Positions 20,702 to 30,293 of a DNA stretch of 38,882 nt are shown in pieces (the first letter of the stretch is position 1; the number at the start of each line of letters is the position of its first letter). The notes beneath the pieces were generated by a model, which did no database searches, was not told where the DNA came from, and saw nothing but the letters and a program-made list of their open reading frames with translations. Position numbers and translations under genes: made by a program. The stretch is taken from assembly GCA_963715195.1 (NCBI GenBank), contig CAVQRT010000026.1, positions 1 to 38,882 of the forward strand. The letters are read 5' to 3'. The stretch comes from Thermodesulfovibrionales bacterium (GTDB lineage: Bacteria > Nitrospirota > Thermodesulfovibrionia > Thermodesulfovibrionales > SM23-35).

Positions 20702-22034
20702 TTATTTATCAGAGTAATGTAAATAGGAAAACAGGTAGGATCGAAGGTTGGTTTTCTTGTTTTGTAACCCTAATTTCCTTCTGATACTCCCCCTGTGAAA
20801 GGCTATTGCCTTGGGGGAACTATTTAATAAGTCAGCAATCTCTTTGCTCCTCTTTCCTTGCTTTATAAGGTTTGCCACTTGTATTTCAGTTGGGGTAAGG
20901 TTTAAATCAGTTTTGGAAAATTTCAAAGCAAAGGATGAGACTACCTCATCCAGATTTGATTCAATGATATCCACAAGTGTTTCCTGAGATTTTATTCAGG
21001 TCTTCCTTCTTTAATTTCTCCAGATAAGGTTTCACAATTTCCCTTATACTCATCATTACTTTCTCTTCACCCCGAATCTTTTCTTCGTCTCTTTTTTGCA
21101 GTAATACTTTTAATGCTGTATTTAATTCTTCGAGATTTTGTGTCTTAATCTCCAATTCCTTTTCTCTTTCCTGCAGAGCTATCTCTGTTTCCTTCCTCTC
21201 AGTGATGTCTCTTGCCATTGAGAGCGCCCCGGTTATATTACCTTTTGTATCTTTGAGCACCCGGCACCACCAGGCGAGCAAAGGCTTTTCCCCATCTTTG
21301 CGACGCTGCCAGCTTTCGACATAGAATACGTCTTCCTCGCCCTTAAAGAGAGGTTGGACTGTTTTATAGGTTTACTGCTCTCCTTCAAAATAAAATGCGG
21401 CTTCCTTGCCGATTACATCTTCTCCGAAGAACTCTATACCAGGCTGATTCGACCAAGTGTATACTTTGTTTGTGTCCACTTCCATAATGAAGTACGGTAC
21501 TGCGGCAAGTATGGCTTGCTGTTTCGAGGATAAAGCTTTAAACGACTCCTCTGCCTGTTTTCGTTTAGTAATATCTCGTCCTATTGCAATAATATACTCA
21601 GGGTTTCCATTCTTTTCCTTTATAGCCGCCCCTGTGTACTCAGTCGGTATGGATCTTCCATCTTTTGTTATTAGGGTTAATTCAATAGTAACTGTTTCTT
21701 CCTGTAATATTTTCTCAGTACTGTCTGTTGCCTTTTTTAAATCTTCTTTACTTTAGTAACTATCCGAAGCTTTCAACGACCGTATCTCTTCATCACTATA
21801 TCCTGATATTTCATTAAACGCCTTATTCCATCGAATAACTCTTCCTGTTCTGGGGTTAAATATAAAGAAGGTATCTCGTTGGGCATTTAGTGCTGCTTCC
21901 GTAAGTTCTTTTTTCACTTTGAACTTCTCAGTTTGTTTCCGATTAGCTTCATTTTTTTCTAATTTCTTTACACGACGGCGAAGTTTTACCAATTCATCTA
22001 AAAGTTGTCTTTTTGTCTTATCTGTGTCTTGCAC
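20702..22034 (-). CDS. PAS-domain LuxR-type transcriptional regulator (several frameshifts)
   Basis: MQDTDKTKRQLLDEL coiled coil; PAS fragments (WNKAF..SGYS, RDITERK); LEELNTALKVLL; LTPTEIQVANLIKQGKRSKEIADLL..HRGSIRRKLG. Confidence 0.85.
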
Positions 22035-22112
22035 AATATTTACGACTTTTTTTCAAATAAATAGATCGTTTCAAAAAATAATCAATTTTCGATATTAATT
22101 ATATTCTGCACC

Positions 22113-22290
22113 ATTATATCAAGTTTAAGGAGTGTGGACTACTAAGGGGATTCAGGACAAGTGTAGTTTTTTAATATTGCTGACTTCTTCTATGTGTAGC
22201 AAAAAATTTTAAGATTTATGAGGTTTGAAATCCCTTTTTTGTTTACTTCTTCAATTAATACACTTAATTTAAAGTTCTTACGGACTATTG
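22113..22290 (-). repeat. Copy C of the module-boundary repeat
   Basis: Block 22190-22255, 47-nt spacer, GTGTGGACTAC at 22132-22142, minus-strand TGATATAAT at 22113-22121. Confidence 0.85.
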
Positions 22291-22310
22291 ATTTCTTTTA
22301 ATAATCTTCA

Positions 22311-23237
22311 CTATTTTTTATATTTTTTTAACTCTTTCTGCAATCTCTCATTTTGTTTTTTTAGTTCTACCATCCTTAATTCTCTTCCGACTGCCATGTT
22401 ATAAAACTCTTCAAGTTCGTGAACTTTTTCTATAAGCTCTTTCTTTTGCTTTGTTATTTCTTCCTCCGCTTGTTTACGCTCAGTTATATTGTGAGCCGCC
22501 TCAATCACCCCTTTCACTTCCCCCCTGTCGTCAAGGACAGGATACACATGCAATTCCCAGATCCTTCCGTCGGGAGTCTTCGCTTCAACAATTTTCGGTT
22601 TATGAGAGGCGTAACAGTCCAGCACAGGACACATTGCACAGGGCTTTGCCCGCCCATGTCGCACCTTGTAACAGTACTGCCCGATAAAATCATCCACACT
22701 CATATTCATGTTCTTTGCGGCGACCTCATTTGACCAAATGATCTTAAAATCACTGGAAAGAAGCACAAGAGCATCAGGAATCGCATCGAGAATCCCCCGG
22801 AATTCCCGGTACAGGGACCGATATTTTCTTTCGCTCTTCTTGATTTCTTCCTCAAGAAGCTCGAACTTAGTGATGTCCCTAAAAATACCTGCAATATAAT
22901 ATTCCCCAGATAATACTATTGGGAATGACTTAATCTCTGCATAAAAAATGCTCCCGTCTTTTCTTTTAACCGGAATATCACTAGCTAATTCTATTCCTTT
23001 TTTTGACATTTTATTAAAATGTTTAATTACAATAGGGAGGCTCTCTTCAGGATGGATATCCGTTACCCCCAAGTTTTTAATTTCCTTCAGAGAATAACCC
23101 AGCATCTCGCAAATCATCTTATTGCCCAGAAGGAATTTCTTGTTTTCAACATTCGCAATAAGCATCCCGTCTGAAGCGTTATTAAAAATCTTTTCATATA
23201 TTTCAGATAATGCTTCTTGCTTATTTTTGTCTTTCAT
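22311..23237 (-). CDS. Tandem-PAS sensor protein with C-terminal coiled coil and no output domain
   Basis: Two PAS/PAC units (RKDGS..FRDIT; CY..CAMCPV..HNITERK); ends GRELRMVELKKQNERL. Confidence 0.85.
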   Translation of the reverse strand: MKDKNKQEALSEIYEKIFNNASDGMLIANVENKKFLLGNKMICEMLGYSLKEIKNLGVTDIHPEESLPIVIKHFNKMSKKGIELASDIPVKRKDGSIFYAEIKSFPIVLSGEYYIAGIFRDITKFELLEEEIKKSERKYRSLYREFRGILDAIPDALVLLSSDFKIIWSNEVAAKNMNMSVDDFIGQYCYKVRHGRAKPCAMCPVLDCYASHKPKIVEAKTPDGRIWELHVYPVLDDRGEVKGVIEAAHNITERKQAEEEITKQKKELIEKVHELEEFYNMAVGRELRMVELKKQNERLQKELKKYKK

Positions 23238-23417
23238 CTTAAGGCCTTAATCCTAATTGGTTACTAATAGAACTATAAAGGGTTTGATGTAAGTCGTCAA
23301 CACAATAGATCAAGAAGGATTGTTTCCTGTGTATTTCCAATGGAAGTTTTGCCCCAAAAATAAGAAATAGTCTCCGTGTTTCAATTTGAAATAAAAGAAC
23401 TTCGGAAATTGCACAGG

Positions 23418-23435
23418 TGCTGACTTCTTCTATGT
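23418..23435. repeat. 18-bp direct repeat of 22178-22195 at the accessory/core boundary
   Basis: TGCTGACTTCTTCTATGT is identical at both positions. Confidence 0.85.
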
Positions 23436-23535
23436 ACTCTGAACCTTGAATACAGACGTGTGATTATTTTTTCACCTTCAACAATTATGTGAGAGGGTGG
23501 AATATCAATCGAAGAAAATCAGTCAACCTATAACA

Positions 23536-23563
23536 CAAAAAGAGCGAGTATTTTACTCGCTCA
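23536..23563 (-). terminator. Rho-independent terminator after the tusA-like gene
   Basis: GAGCGAGTA/TACTCGCTC stem with an A-run on the + strand (U tract on -). Confidence 0.7.
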
Positions 23564-23619
23564 ATAACTGGTGCCTGTTGTGTGGGGATATGAATTTCAG
23601 ATCCATTGAAATCTTCTCA

Positions 23620-23841
23620 TTAAAACTGTATTTGGCAGCGCAGATGCCCGTTGTCACCCCTTACCCAGAGAAGAGTTTTCTTCGTTCTTTCACACCATTG
23701 ACGCACATCTTTTTCAAATGTTGGACAATCGGCTACCACTTCAAGAAGATCGCCAAGTTTCAGTTCTGCCGATTTAGCCGCAATTTTCAGTACAGGTTGT
23801 GGACATTTCAGACCTAATGCATCCAGATTTACAGTTGCCAT
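23620..23841 (-). CDS. TusA/SirA-family sulfur carrier
   Basis: LDALGLKCPQP motif; LEVVADCPTFEKDVRQWC. Confidence 0.88.
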   Translation of the reverse strand: MATVNLDALGLKCPQPVLKIAAKSAELKLGDLLEVVADCPTFEKDVRQWCERTKKTLLWVRGDNGHLRCQIQF

Positions 23842-24123
23842 TCAATTTCACCTCCTTTCCCACTCACTACCCGCCTCTGATTTTCATAAAATCTCACCCC
23901 CTTTTCTATTTACTCTCATTCCTTAATTTCATTATAGATACATCACAATAAAAGAATATCCTACTATAGTAGGGAAGATGATAAATACTGAGCATACCCC
24001 GTATCTTGACCACGTACCTGTGGGTCTTATGGCAGATACAATAAATGAAATCAAAAAAACAGAAAATGCAGGAAACTAATTGAATATCAAATGTTGAGAC
24101 CTGCCCCCTGCTTTCCTCCCGAC

Positions 24124-24525
24124 TTACCCGATAGTCACGTGACTTTCTCCGGCACCGATCAGGGGGAGTATCTTTTCAACCCTGAATATGACAAGATGCT
24201 TCGGCCCTTTCTCCCTGTCTTCTTCCTGTGTCAGGTTTCTCCTTGTCATCCGTGCAATCATCTCAGGGTCATCGTCCTCCCTCATCTTCTTCAGAAAAAG
24301 TCTTACCCCCTGGTAACCGGCATTTTTTTCGATAAACATGAATGCTGCATGCGGGTTGGCCAGAAGGTTCTGGTACGTGAGACGCTCACGCATAATAAAC
24401 GCAATGGTATTATCCTCACGCACACGTGGCGCAGAATAAATTGCGGTCGTTACCCTCCCCTGCCCATCTGCGGTAGAAAGAATGCTTAACCCCTTTGTCT
24501 CCTCAAAATAATCTTTCAGTTTCAT
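24124..24525 (-). CDS. Pyridoxamine 5'-phosphate oxidase-like FMN-binding protein
   Basis: ILSTADGQG..TYQNLLANPHAAF..GVRL; GGAGG upstream of ATG 24525. Confidence 0.8.
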   Translation of the reverse strand: MKLKDYFEETKGLSILSTADGQGRVTTAIYSAPRVREDNTIAFIMRERLTYQNLLANPHAAFMFIEKNAGYQGVRLFLKKMREDDDPEMIARMTRRNLTQEEDREKGPKHLVIFRVEKILPLIGAGESHVTIG

Positions 24526-24702
24526 AACCTGCACCTCCTGCCTGAAAATTTCACATAAGATGTTCAGGGATTGGGGCTGTCCCCTGATCTTATTTGATGT
24601 TCCTGCGTGTTCCGGCTCACGACACTGAAAAAAAGCACCTTGTCTCGCTCATACAATCCTTCTTTACCTTTACTTTTATCTTGCTTGACACTCACTCCAG
24701 AG

Positions 24703-25119
24703 TTACTCTCCAATAATCTTGACCAATACCCTCTTTTTCCTTTTTCCGTCGAATTCACCGTAGAAAATCTGTTCCCACGTCCCGAAATCGAGCTTTCCTC
24801 CGGTGACCGCTACTACGACTTCCCTGCCCATAATCTGTCGTTTCATATGGGCATCCGCATTGTCCTCCCCCACGTTGTGGCGGTATTGAGAAACCGGGGC
24901 GTGGGGTGCGAGCTTTTCAAGCCATGCTTCATAGTCGTGGTGCAGCCCTGATTCGTCGTCGTTGATGAAGACAGAAGCGGTGATATGCATCGCGTTCACA
25001 AGCACCAGTCCTTCGGTGATCCCGCTCTCCCTGAGGCACGTGTTCACTTCCGGCGTTATGTTGAGAAAAGCCCTTCGTGTTGGCACCTCAAACCATAATT
25101 CTTTTCTGTAGCTCTTCAT
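24703..25119 (-). CDS. yjbQ: YjbQ/UPF0047 family protein
   Basis: [37 protein letters not shown] before ATG 25119. Confidence 0.9.
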   Translation of the reverse strand: MKSYRKELWFEVPTRRAFLNITPEVNTCLRESGITEGLVLVNAMHITASVFINDDESGLHHDYEAWLEKLAPHAPVSQYRHNVGEDNADAHMKRQIMGREVVVAVTGGKLDFGTWEQIFYGEFDGKRKKRVLVKIIGE

Positions 25120-25345
25120 ATGATCCTCCTCTGTCGCATTTGGCAAGGCATGCAGGAATTGCCTGATATTTTTCAGCATTTTGCTTTAAAACACAAGTCC
25201 CGGAAGCAGGGGATAACGTCCCTGCAAAAGTTCCCCGCAGGTGAATTTCCGGCAGGGAGATAAATTGTAATACCCGAAACGCATACGGCATGTATAATAT
25301 ATCAGTTTATCGAACGGTAATCCTTGCCTGCCCGGGGTTCATCAT

Positions 25346-26050
25346 ATGACGAGCTATCAGGAACAAACGCACAGCCATAAATCGTGGGTGAAAAGATACT
25401 CACATAAAAAAAGATTCAAAATTGCCATAGAGTTACTTCAATTAGGGCACAAAGACAGGTTGCTTGATTTCGGGGCTGCAGACGGGTATCTGACAGACAC
25501 TATCCTTTCCTGTGCCGGGATTGATTTGTCAATTACCTGCTATGAACCTGATGTAACCCTCTTCCGTGAACTATCCGGCAGGGTAGCGCACCTGCACAAC
25601 GTCAGCGCATATAACACTCTTGACGGCTTAAGATCTCAGACCTTCAACAAGATCGCATGCCTTGAGGTTCTGGAACACCTGAACAGGGAAAATCAACTGT
25701 CGGTCTTGCGGCAAATAAAGAATCTCCTTGATCAGAAAGGTCTCATTGTTGTCTCGGTACCGATAGAAATCGGGCCGAGTTCTCTCATAAAAAACACGTT
25801 CAGGGCGCTGCATCATGAATATCAGGAAAACATGCAGGCGTCGAATGTCGTCAGGAGTCTCCTGGGGATGAGGATTACACGCACGTCAGAAAAGGCGTAT
25901 TTTCCTACACACACCGGCTTTGATTTTCGTGATCTCGAGCAACTCTTTATAAATGCGCGGCTCACAATTACGAGGAAATGCTTCTCTCCCCTCCCTTTGT
26001 TGGGGAAGACCCTTAACTCACAAATCATCTATCTCCTGGAACCACTTTAA
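25346..26050 (+). CDS. Class I SAM-dependent methyltransferase
   Basis: LLDFGAADG; IACLEVLEHL; IVVSVP. Confidence 0.82.
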   Translation: MTSYQEQTHSHKSWVKRYSHKKRFKIAIELLQLGHKDRLLDFGAADGYLTDTILSCAGIDLSITCYEPDVTLFRELSGRVAHLHNVSAYNTLDGLRSQTFNKIACLEVLEHLNRENQLSVLRQIKNLLDQKGLIVVSVPIEIGPSSLIKNTFRALHHEYQENMQASNVVRSLLGMRITRTSEKAYFPTHTGFDFRDLEQLFINARLTITRKCFSPLPLLGKTLNSQIIYLLEPL

Positions 26051-26175
26051 TTCCTGATCTATCAAGGCACTTGAATTTTATGTCAAATCAGCATAATTTA
26101 TGTATTGTCTGGTCCTTCTTTGCATGGACCTGCACGCGATCACCTGAATATGCATTGCACGGGTATTAGGATTTT

Positions 26176-27309
26176 ATGTCATCGGTCAGCAGTTTGAGCT
26201 TCAGTCAGCCCACCCCGGACAGTCTGCTCCTGAATCTGGGGGGAACCTGGAAAATCGGCACCATTGTGCATTCAGTTGACGATGTCCGAAAAGAATGCGA
26301 GGCCCGCCCCGGCATAAAGCACCTCTCTTTTGACTCTCAGGCCCTCACCGGATGGGACAGCACTCTTTTGACATTCATCCTGGGTGTCATCGAACTCTGC
26401 TCGCGTCTTCAGATAACGGTCAGGAAGGACGGCCTTCCCCTAGGAGTAGGGAAGCTCCTTGCCCTCGCCGGCGTCCCCTCAGGAAGACAGGTTCCCGGAG
26501 AAACACCCGCATCCGACAATTTTCTGGTAAAGATTGCGAATGTCTCATTCGACCTCTGGAAATCATCGGCTGACATGCTGCATTTTATCGGGGACGCAGC
26601 GGTCTCTTTCTTCAGACTGCTGACCGGGAAGGCACGTGTGCGGAGCACGGATGTATTTGTCATCATGCAGGAATGCGGGGCACAGGCACTGCCCATAGTC
26701 TCGGCTATCAGCGTGCTGGTCGGTGTCATTCTCGCATTTGTAGGAGCTATCCAGCTGAAAATGTTCGGGGCGGAAATCTACGTGGCGAATATCGTCGGAA
26801 TCGCGATAGTCCGTGTGATGGGTGCGATTATGACGGGAGTGATAATGGCGGGGAGAACCGGCGCAGCCTTTGCAGCACAACTGGGAACCATGCAGACGAA
26901 TGAAGAGATTGACGCACTCAAAACCCTCGGGATATCTCCCATGGAATTTCTCGTCCTTCCCCGCATGATTGCGCTTATGCTTATGATGCCCCTTCTCTGT
27001 CTCTACGCAGATCTCATGGGCATTTTCGGCGGTTTCGTCGTAGGGGTCGGAATGCTTGACCTGAACCCTGTGGAATACTACAATCAGACCAAAGCGGCAG
27101 TCCATATCAACAATCTCTGGATTGGTCTTTTTCACAGCGCGGTATTCGGAGTGCTTGTCGCTCTTGCGGGTTGCATGAGAGGGATGCAATGCGGCAGAAG
27201 CGCTGCATCCGTGGGTCAGGCCACAACTTCCGCGGTCGTGACCGGAATCGTGAGCATCGTTGTCGCAACCGCGGTGATTACTTACATGTGCAACGTGCTG
27301 GGAATCTGA
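26176..27309 (+). CDS. MlaE-family ABC permease with N-terminal STAS-like domain
   Basis: AGRTGAAFAAQLGTM..EEIDAL..PR; SVGQATTSAVV. Confidence 0.92.
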   Translation: MSSVSSLSFSQPTPDSLLLNLGGTWKIGTIVHSVDDVRKECEARPGIKHLSFDSQALTGWDSTLLTFILGVIELCSRLQITVRKDGLPLGVGKLLALAGVPSGRQVPGETPASDNFLVKIANVSFDLWKSSADMLHFIGDAAVSFFRLLTGKARVRSTDVFVIMQECGAQALPIVSAISVLVGVILAFVGAIQLKMFGAEIYVANIVGIAIVRVMGAIMTGVIMAGRTGAAFAAQLGTMQTNEEIDALKTLGISPMEFLVLPRMIALMLMMPLLCLYADLMGIFGGFVVGVGMLDLNPVEYYNQTKAAVHINNLWIGLFHSAVFGVLVALAGCMRGMQCGRSAASVGQATTSAVVTGIVSIVVATAVITYMCNVLGI

Positions 27310-27312
27310 GGA

Positions 27313-28104
27313 ATGAGCGCGACACCGGAAAAAACCTCGCTGCCGGTAATTGAAGCCAGGGACATTGACATGGCATATGGAAGCTTTGTGCTCATGAAAG
27401 AAATCACTTTTACGGTAAACCATGGTGATATTTTTGTCATTATGGGAGGGAGCGGCTGCGGGAAGAGCACCTTAATGAAAATCATGATCGGGCTGAAGGA
27501 GCCGGCAAGGGGCGACCTGCTCTACGATGGCAAGTCCTTCTGGAATTCGGACCCGTCTGAGAGAGATCAGATTATGAGGCGGTTCGGCATTCTTTACCAG
27601 AGCGGGGCACTCTGGAGTTCCATGACCCTTGCGGAAAACATCTCACTCCCTCTGGAACAGTATACCGACCTGCGTCCGGATCAGATTGATGAACTTGTGT
27701 CACTCAAGCTTTCCCTTGTAGGGTTAAGGGACTATGGCAGTTTTTATCCTTCGGAAATCAGCGGGGGCATGCGCAAGAGGGCTGCTCTTGCACGTGCAAT
27801 TGCTATGGATCCAGATATACTTTTTTTTGATGAGCCCTCTGCAGGGCTTGATCCGGTCAATGCCCGGATGCTTGACGACCTGATACTCGAACTCAGGGAT
27901 AGCCTCGGGGCGACGATAGTGATTGTCACACACGAACTCGCGAGTATTTTTTCGATTGCCGACAATTCAGTCTTCCTTGACGCGGATCAGAAGATTATGA
28001 CCGCACAGGGAGACCCAAAGAAACTGCGTGACGAGTCAGTCGACCCGAAATTGATCCAGTTTCTCACGCGGGGGGAGAAAAAAAGCAATGAATCATTCAC
28101 CTAA
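27313..28104 (+). CDS. MlaF-like ABC ATPase
   Basis: GGSGCGKS, ISGGMRKRAALARA, FFDEPSAGLDP, VTHE. Confidence 0.93.
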   Translation: MSATPEKTSLPVIEARDIDMAYGSFVLMKEITFTVNHGDIFVIMGGSGCGKSTLMKIMIGLKEPARGDLLYDGKSFWNSDPSERDQIMRRFGILYQSGALWSSMTLAENISLPLEQYTDLRPDQIDELVSLKLSLVGLRDYGSFYPSEISGGMRKRAALARAIAMDPDILFFDEPSAGLDPVNARMLDDLILELRDSLGATIVIVTHELASIFSIADNSVFLDADQKIMTAQGDPKKLRDESVDPKLIQFLTRGEKKSNESFT

Positions 28105-28173
28105 GGTATGTTTTAATATGCACAGGGGCGGGTTCACAGGGAATGCCCCCGGGAAGAGGGTTAAGGACAGTCC

Positions 28174-29169
28174 ATGAGCAAAAAGGCATCAAAAACCCTT
28201 ATTGGCGGGTTTGTTCTCGGGGCAGTCGCCCTGCTGATCGCAGGGGTTTTTGTGTTCGGTTCCGGTAAATTTTTCAGTAACACCTTCAAATATGTCATGT
28301 TTTTTCAAGGTTCAATCAAAGGACTGAATATCGGCGCCCCTGTAATGTTCCAGGGTGTAAAAATAGGCTCCGTCACTGAAATAAGCCTGGTCTACAATTC
28401 CAGGGATGATTCTATCTACATCCCTGTCATCATCGACACAGAACCTGAAAAGATCTCCGGGGTCACTGCAAACCAGGACCCCGGAGATATTGAGAATGCG
28501 GTTGACCGCGGGCTCAGGGCACAGCTCCAGATACAGAGCATCGTGACAGGCCAGCTCCTCGTGGCGCTCGATTTTTTCCCGGATAAACCTGTCAGACGCA
28601 TTGGTCTTGTGAAAGAGTATCCTGAAATCCCTACAGTCCCGACAACCCTTCAGGAGCTCTCAAAGACCATTCAGGACTTTCCCGTCCGGGAACTGTTCGA
28701 AAAACTGAATCTCGCCGTCGACGGGATACAGAGGCTGGTGAATTCATCCGATGCCAGGGAGAGCGTTGCGGGGCTCAATCAGACACTGAAGGACGTTCAG
28801 CAGCTCGTCAATTCCCTGAACACCAATATCGAACCGCTCATGGCGAGCCTCACGAAGACTTCGGACACAGCCCGTGAGACCCTTGCCCGGGCAGAGAAGA
28901 CCCTGGACTTCCGGGAGGGTCCGGCTGCCGAGGTCATTGCCAATATGAACGAAACACTTGCGGCGGCACGCCATACTCTCGCACAGTCGGAAAAGACACT
29001 TTCCTCGATCCAGGGCTTGATGTCTCAGGATTCCCCGGTAATCGCTGAGTTCGAAAGCACGCTCAGGGATCTTTCAGATGCCGCACGTTCAGTTCGTGCC
29101 CTGGCTGACTATCTCGAACGGCAGCCTGAATCGCTCCTGAGAGGCAAAGGGGCATCCGGGAGGGAATGA
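28174..29169 (+). CDS. MCE (MlaD/PqiB-like) protein
   Basis: GLNIGAPVMFQGVKIGSV; helical tail ADYLERQPESLLRGK. Confidence 0.92.
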   Translation: MSKKASKTLIGGFVLGAVALLIAGVFVFGSGKFFSNTFKYVMFFQGSIKGLNIGAPVMFQGVKIGSVTEISLVYNSRDDSIYIPVIIDTEPEKISGVTANQDPGDIENAVDRGLRAQLQIQSIVTGQLLVALDFFPDKPVRRIGLVKEYPEIPTVPTTLQELSKTIQDFPVRELFEKLNLAVDGIQRLVNSSDARESVAGLNQTLKDVQQLVNSLNTNIEPLMASLTKTSDTARETLARAEKTLDFREGPAAEVIANMNETLAAARHTLAQSEKTLSSIQGLMSQDSPVIAEFESTLRDLSDAARSVRALADYLERQPESLLRGKGASGRE

Positions 29170-29170
29170 C

Positions 29171-29815
29171 ATGAACTCCCGGTATTTTCTGAGGCAGGCA
29201 CACGTTGCGCTCATATGCTTACTGCTTTCATTGTCCGGCTGTGCACATACTGATCCGTCACGCTTCTACGCTTTGACCTCCATCGGGGAACCTCTCACGG
29301 ACCAGGAGCGAAGCATGGTCACATCTGGTCCTGTAATCGTGGTCGGTCCTGTGAAAATTCCCGAATATCTAAAGTGGCCCCAGATCGTGACACACACCGG
29401 TGAGAACGAGATCGTACGTGACGAGTTTCACAGGTGGGCAGGAAGTCTCCAGGAAAATATCCTGCGTGTGCTCACAGAAAATCTCTCGAACCTTCTCCCG
29501 TCGGATATGGTCTTCTCTGTCCATCAGGCAACGCCCCTTCCGGCAAGATACCGCGTCATGGCAGACATTCTCCGGCTTGAGAGCAGAAAGGGAGAAAATG
29601 TACTTCTGAAAGCCCGATGGACGATACTCGATACTCAGGGAGAAAAAAAACGTCTTACCCGTATTTCCGCATATAATGAAACAATCAGCGGTGATGATTA
29701 TGCCTCTCTTGTTGCAGGGATGGGCCGCGTATTCGGACATCTCAGCCGGGAGATCACTTCTGTGCTCAGCCCTATGTTACATGAGTCCTCATTCTCAGGG
29801 ACAGCAAATGAATGA
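29171..29815 (+). CDS. PqiC-like ABC auxiliary lipoprotein
   Basis: Lipobox LSGC; RFYAL; GPVKIPEYL; HRWAGSL. Confidence 0.88.
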   Translation: MNSRYFLRQAHVALICLLLSLSGCAHTDPSRFYALTSIGEPLTDQERSMVTSGPVIVVGPVKIPEYLKWPQIVTHTGENEIVRDEFHRWAGSLQENILRVLTENLSNLLPSDMVFSVHQATPLPARYRVMADILRLESRKGENVLLKARWTILDTQGEKKRLTRISAYNETISGDDYASLVAGMGRVFGHLSREITSVLSPMLHESSFSGTANE

Positions 29816-29993
29816 TTCAGACAGATGGATAAAAGATGAACTGCTGCAGGCCTTCTATTCGGTAGTGTCAGACTACAAGTTCGGCACAATAGATGAGGAG
29901 ATGATGAGAGAGCTCCTTTTGCGGCTGGCCGAGAGATATGAACGCAGTTTTGGAAGCACAGAGGCCGGGACAGACCAGACAAGCCTCTTTTAG
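29808..29993 (+). CDS. Small hypothetical protein (61 aa)
   Basis: MNDSDRWIKDELLQAFY... overlaps the upstream stop. Confidence 0.45.
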   Translation: MNDSDRWIKDELLQAFYSVVSDYKFGTIDEEMMRELLLRLAERYERSFGSTEAGTDQTSLF

Positions 29994-30111
29994 TCCCTTT
30001 TAATAAATACGTTGCCTGTACAGTCCCATGAAATTTTCCGTTCCCCGGAGCCGAATATGCTGAAGCACATTGAGCATTCCGCACCCTCTCAAGTACAGGT
30101 GTGAATAAATT

Positions 30112-30149
30112 TTCATAATGTTTTCACATTTCCTTCACTGTTTCTTCAT
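30112..30149 (+). promoter_or_regulatory. Four TTCAY direct repeats at 11-bp period (PhoB/OmpR-type boxes)
   Basis: TTCAT 30112, TTCAC 30123, TTCAC 30134, TTCAT 30145, upstream of the HtrA gene. Confidence 0.65.
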
Positions 30150-30293
30150 ATTTTTTCGGTAATTTAATACCGTATGACACGTGATCTCACACACAACATT
30201 CCGGGACCTTGCCTGCTTTTTCACTTTCCTCCCGGACGTGCGATACCGGAGCCTTGCTTCGACAACTTTTTATATTCTGGATAAGGAGAAAAG

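Noticed and set aside
5..23435. Repeat family as a CRISPR array, attC sites or dif/pdif sites
   Set aside because: No regular repeat-spacer period or cas genes, no RYYYAAC/GTTRRRY hairpin pattern or IntI seen, and no XerD arm (TTATGTTAAAT).
26563..27423. Long antisense ORFs (this one, 31362-31949, 37124-37705 and similar)
   Set aside because: Shadows of well-supported genes on the opposite strand, with no recognisable motifs.
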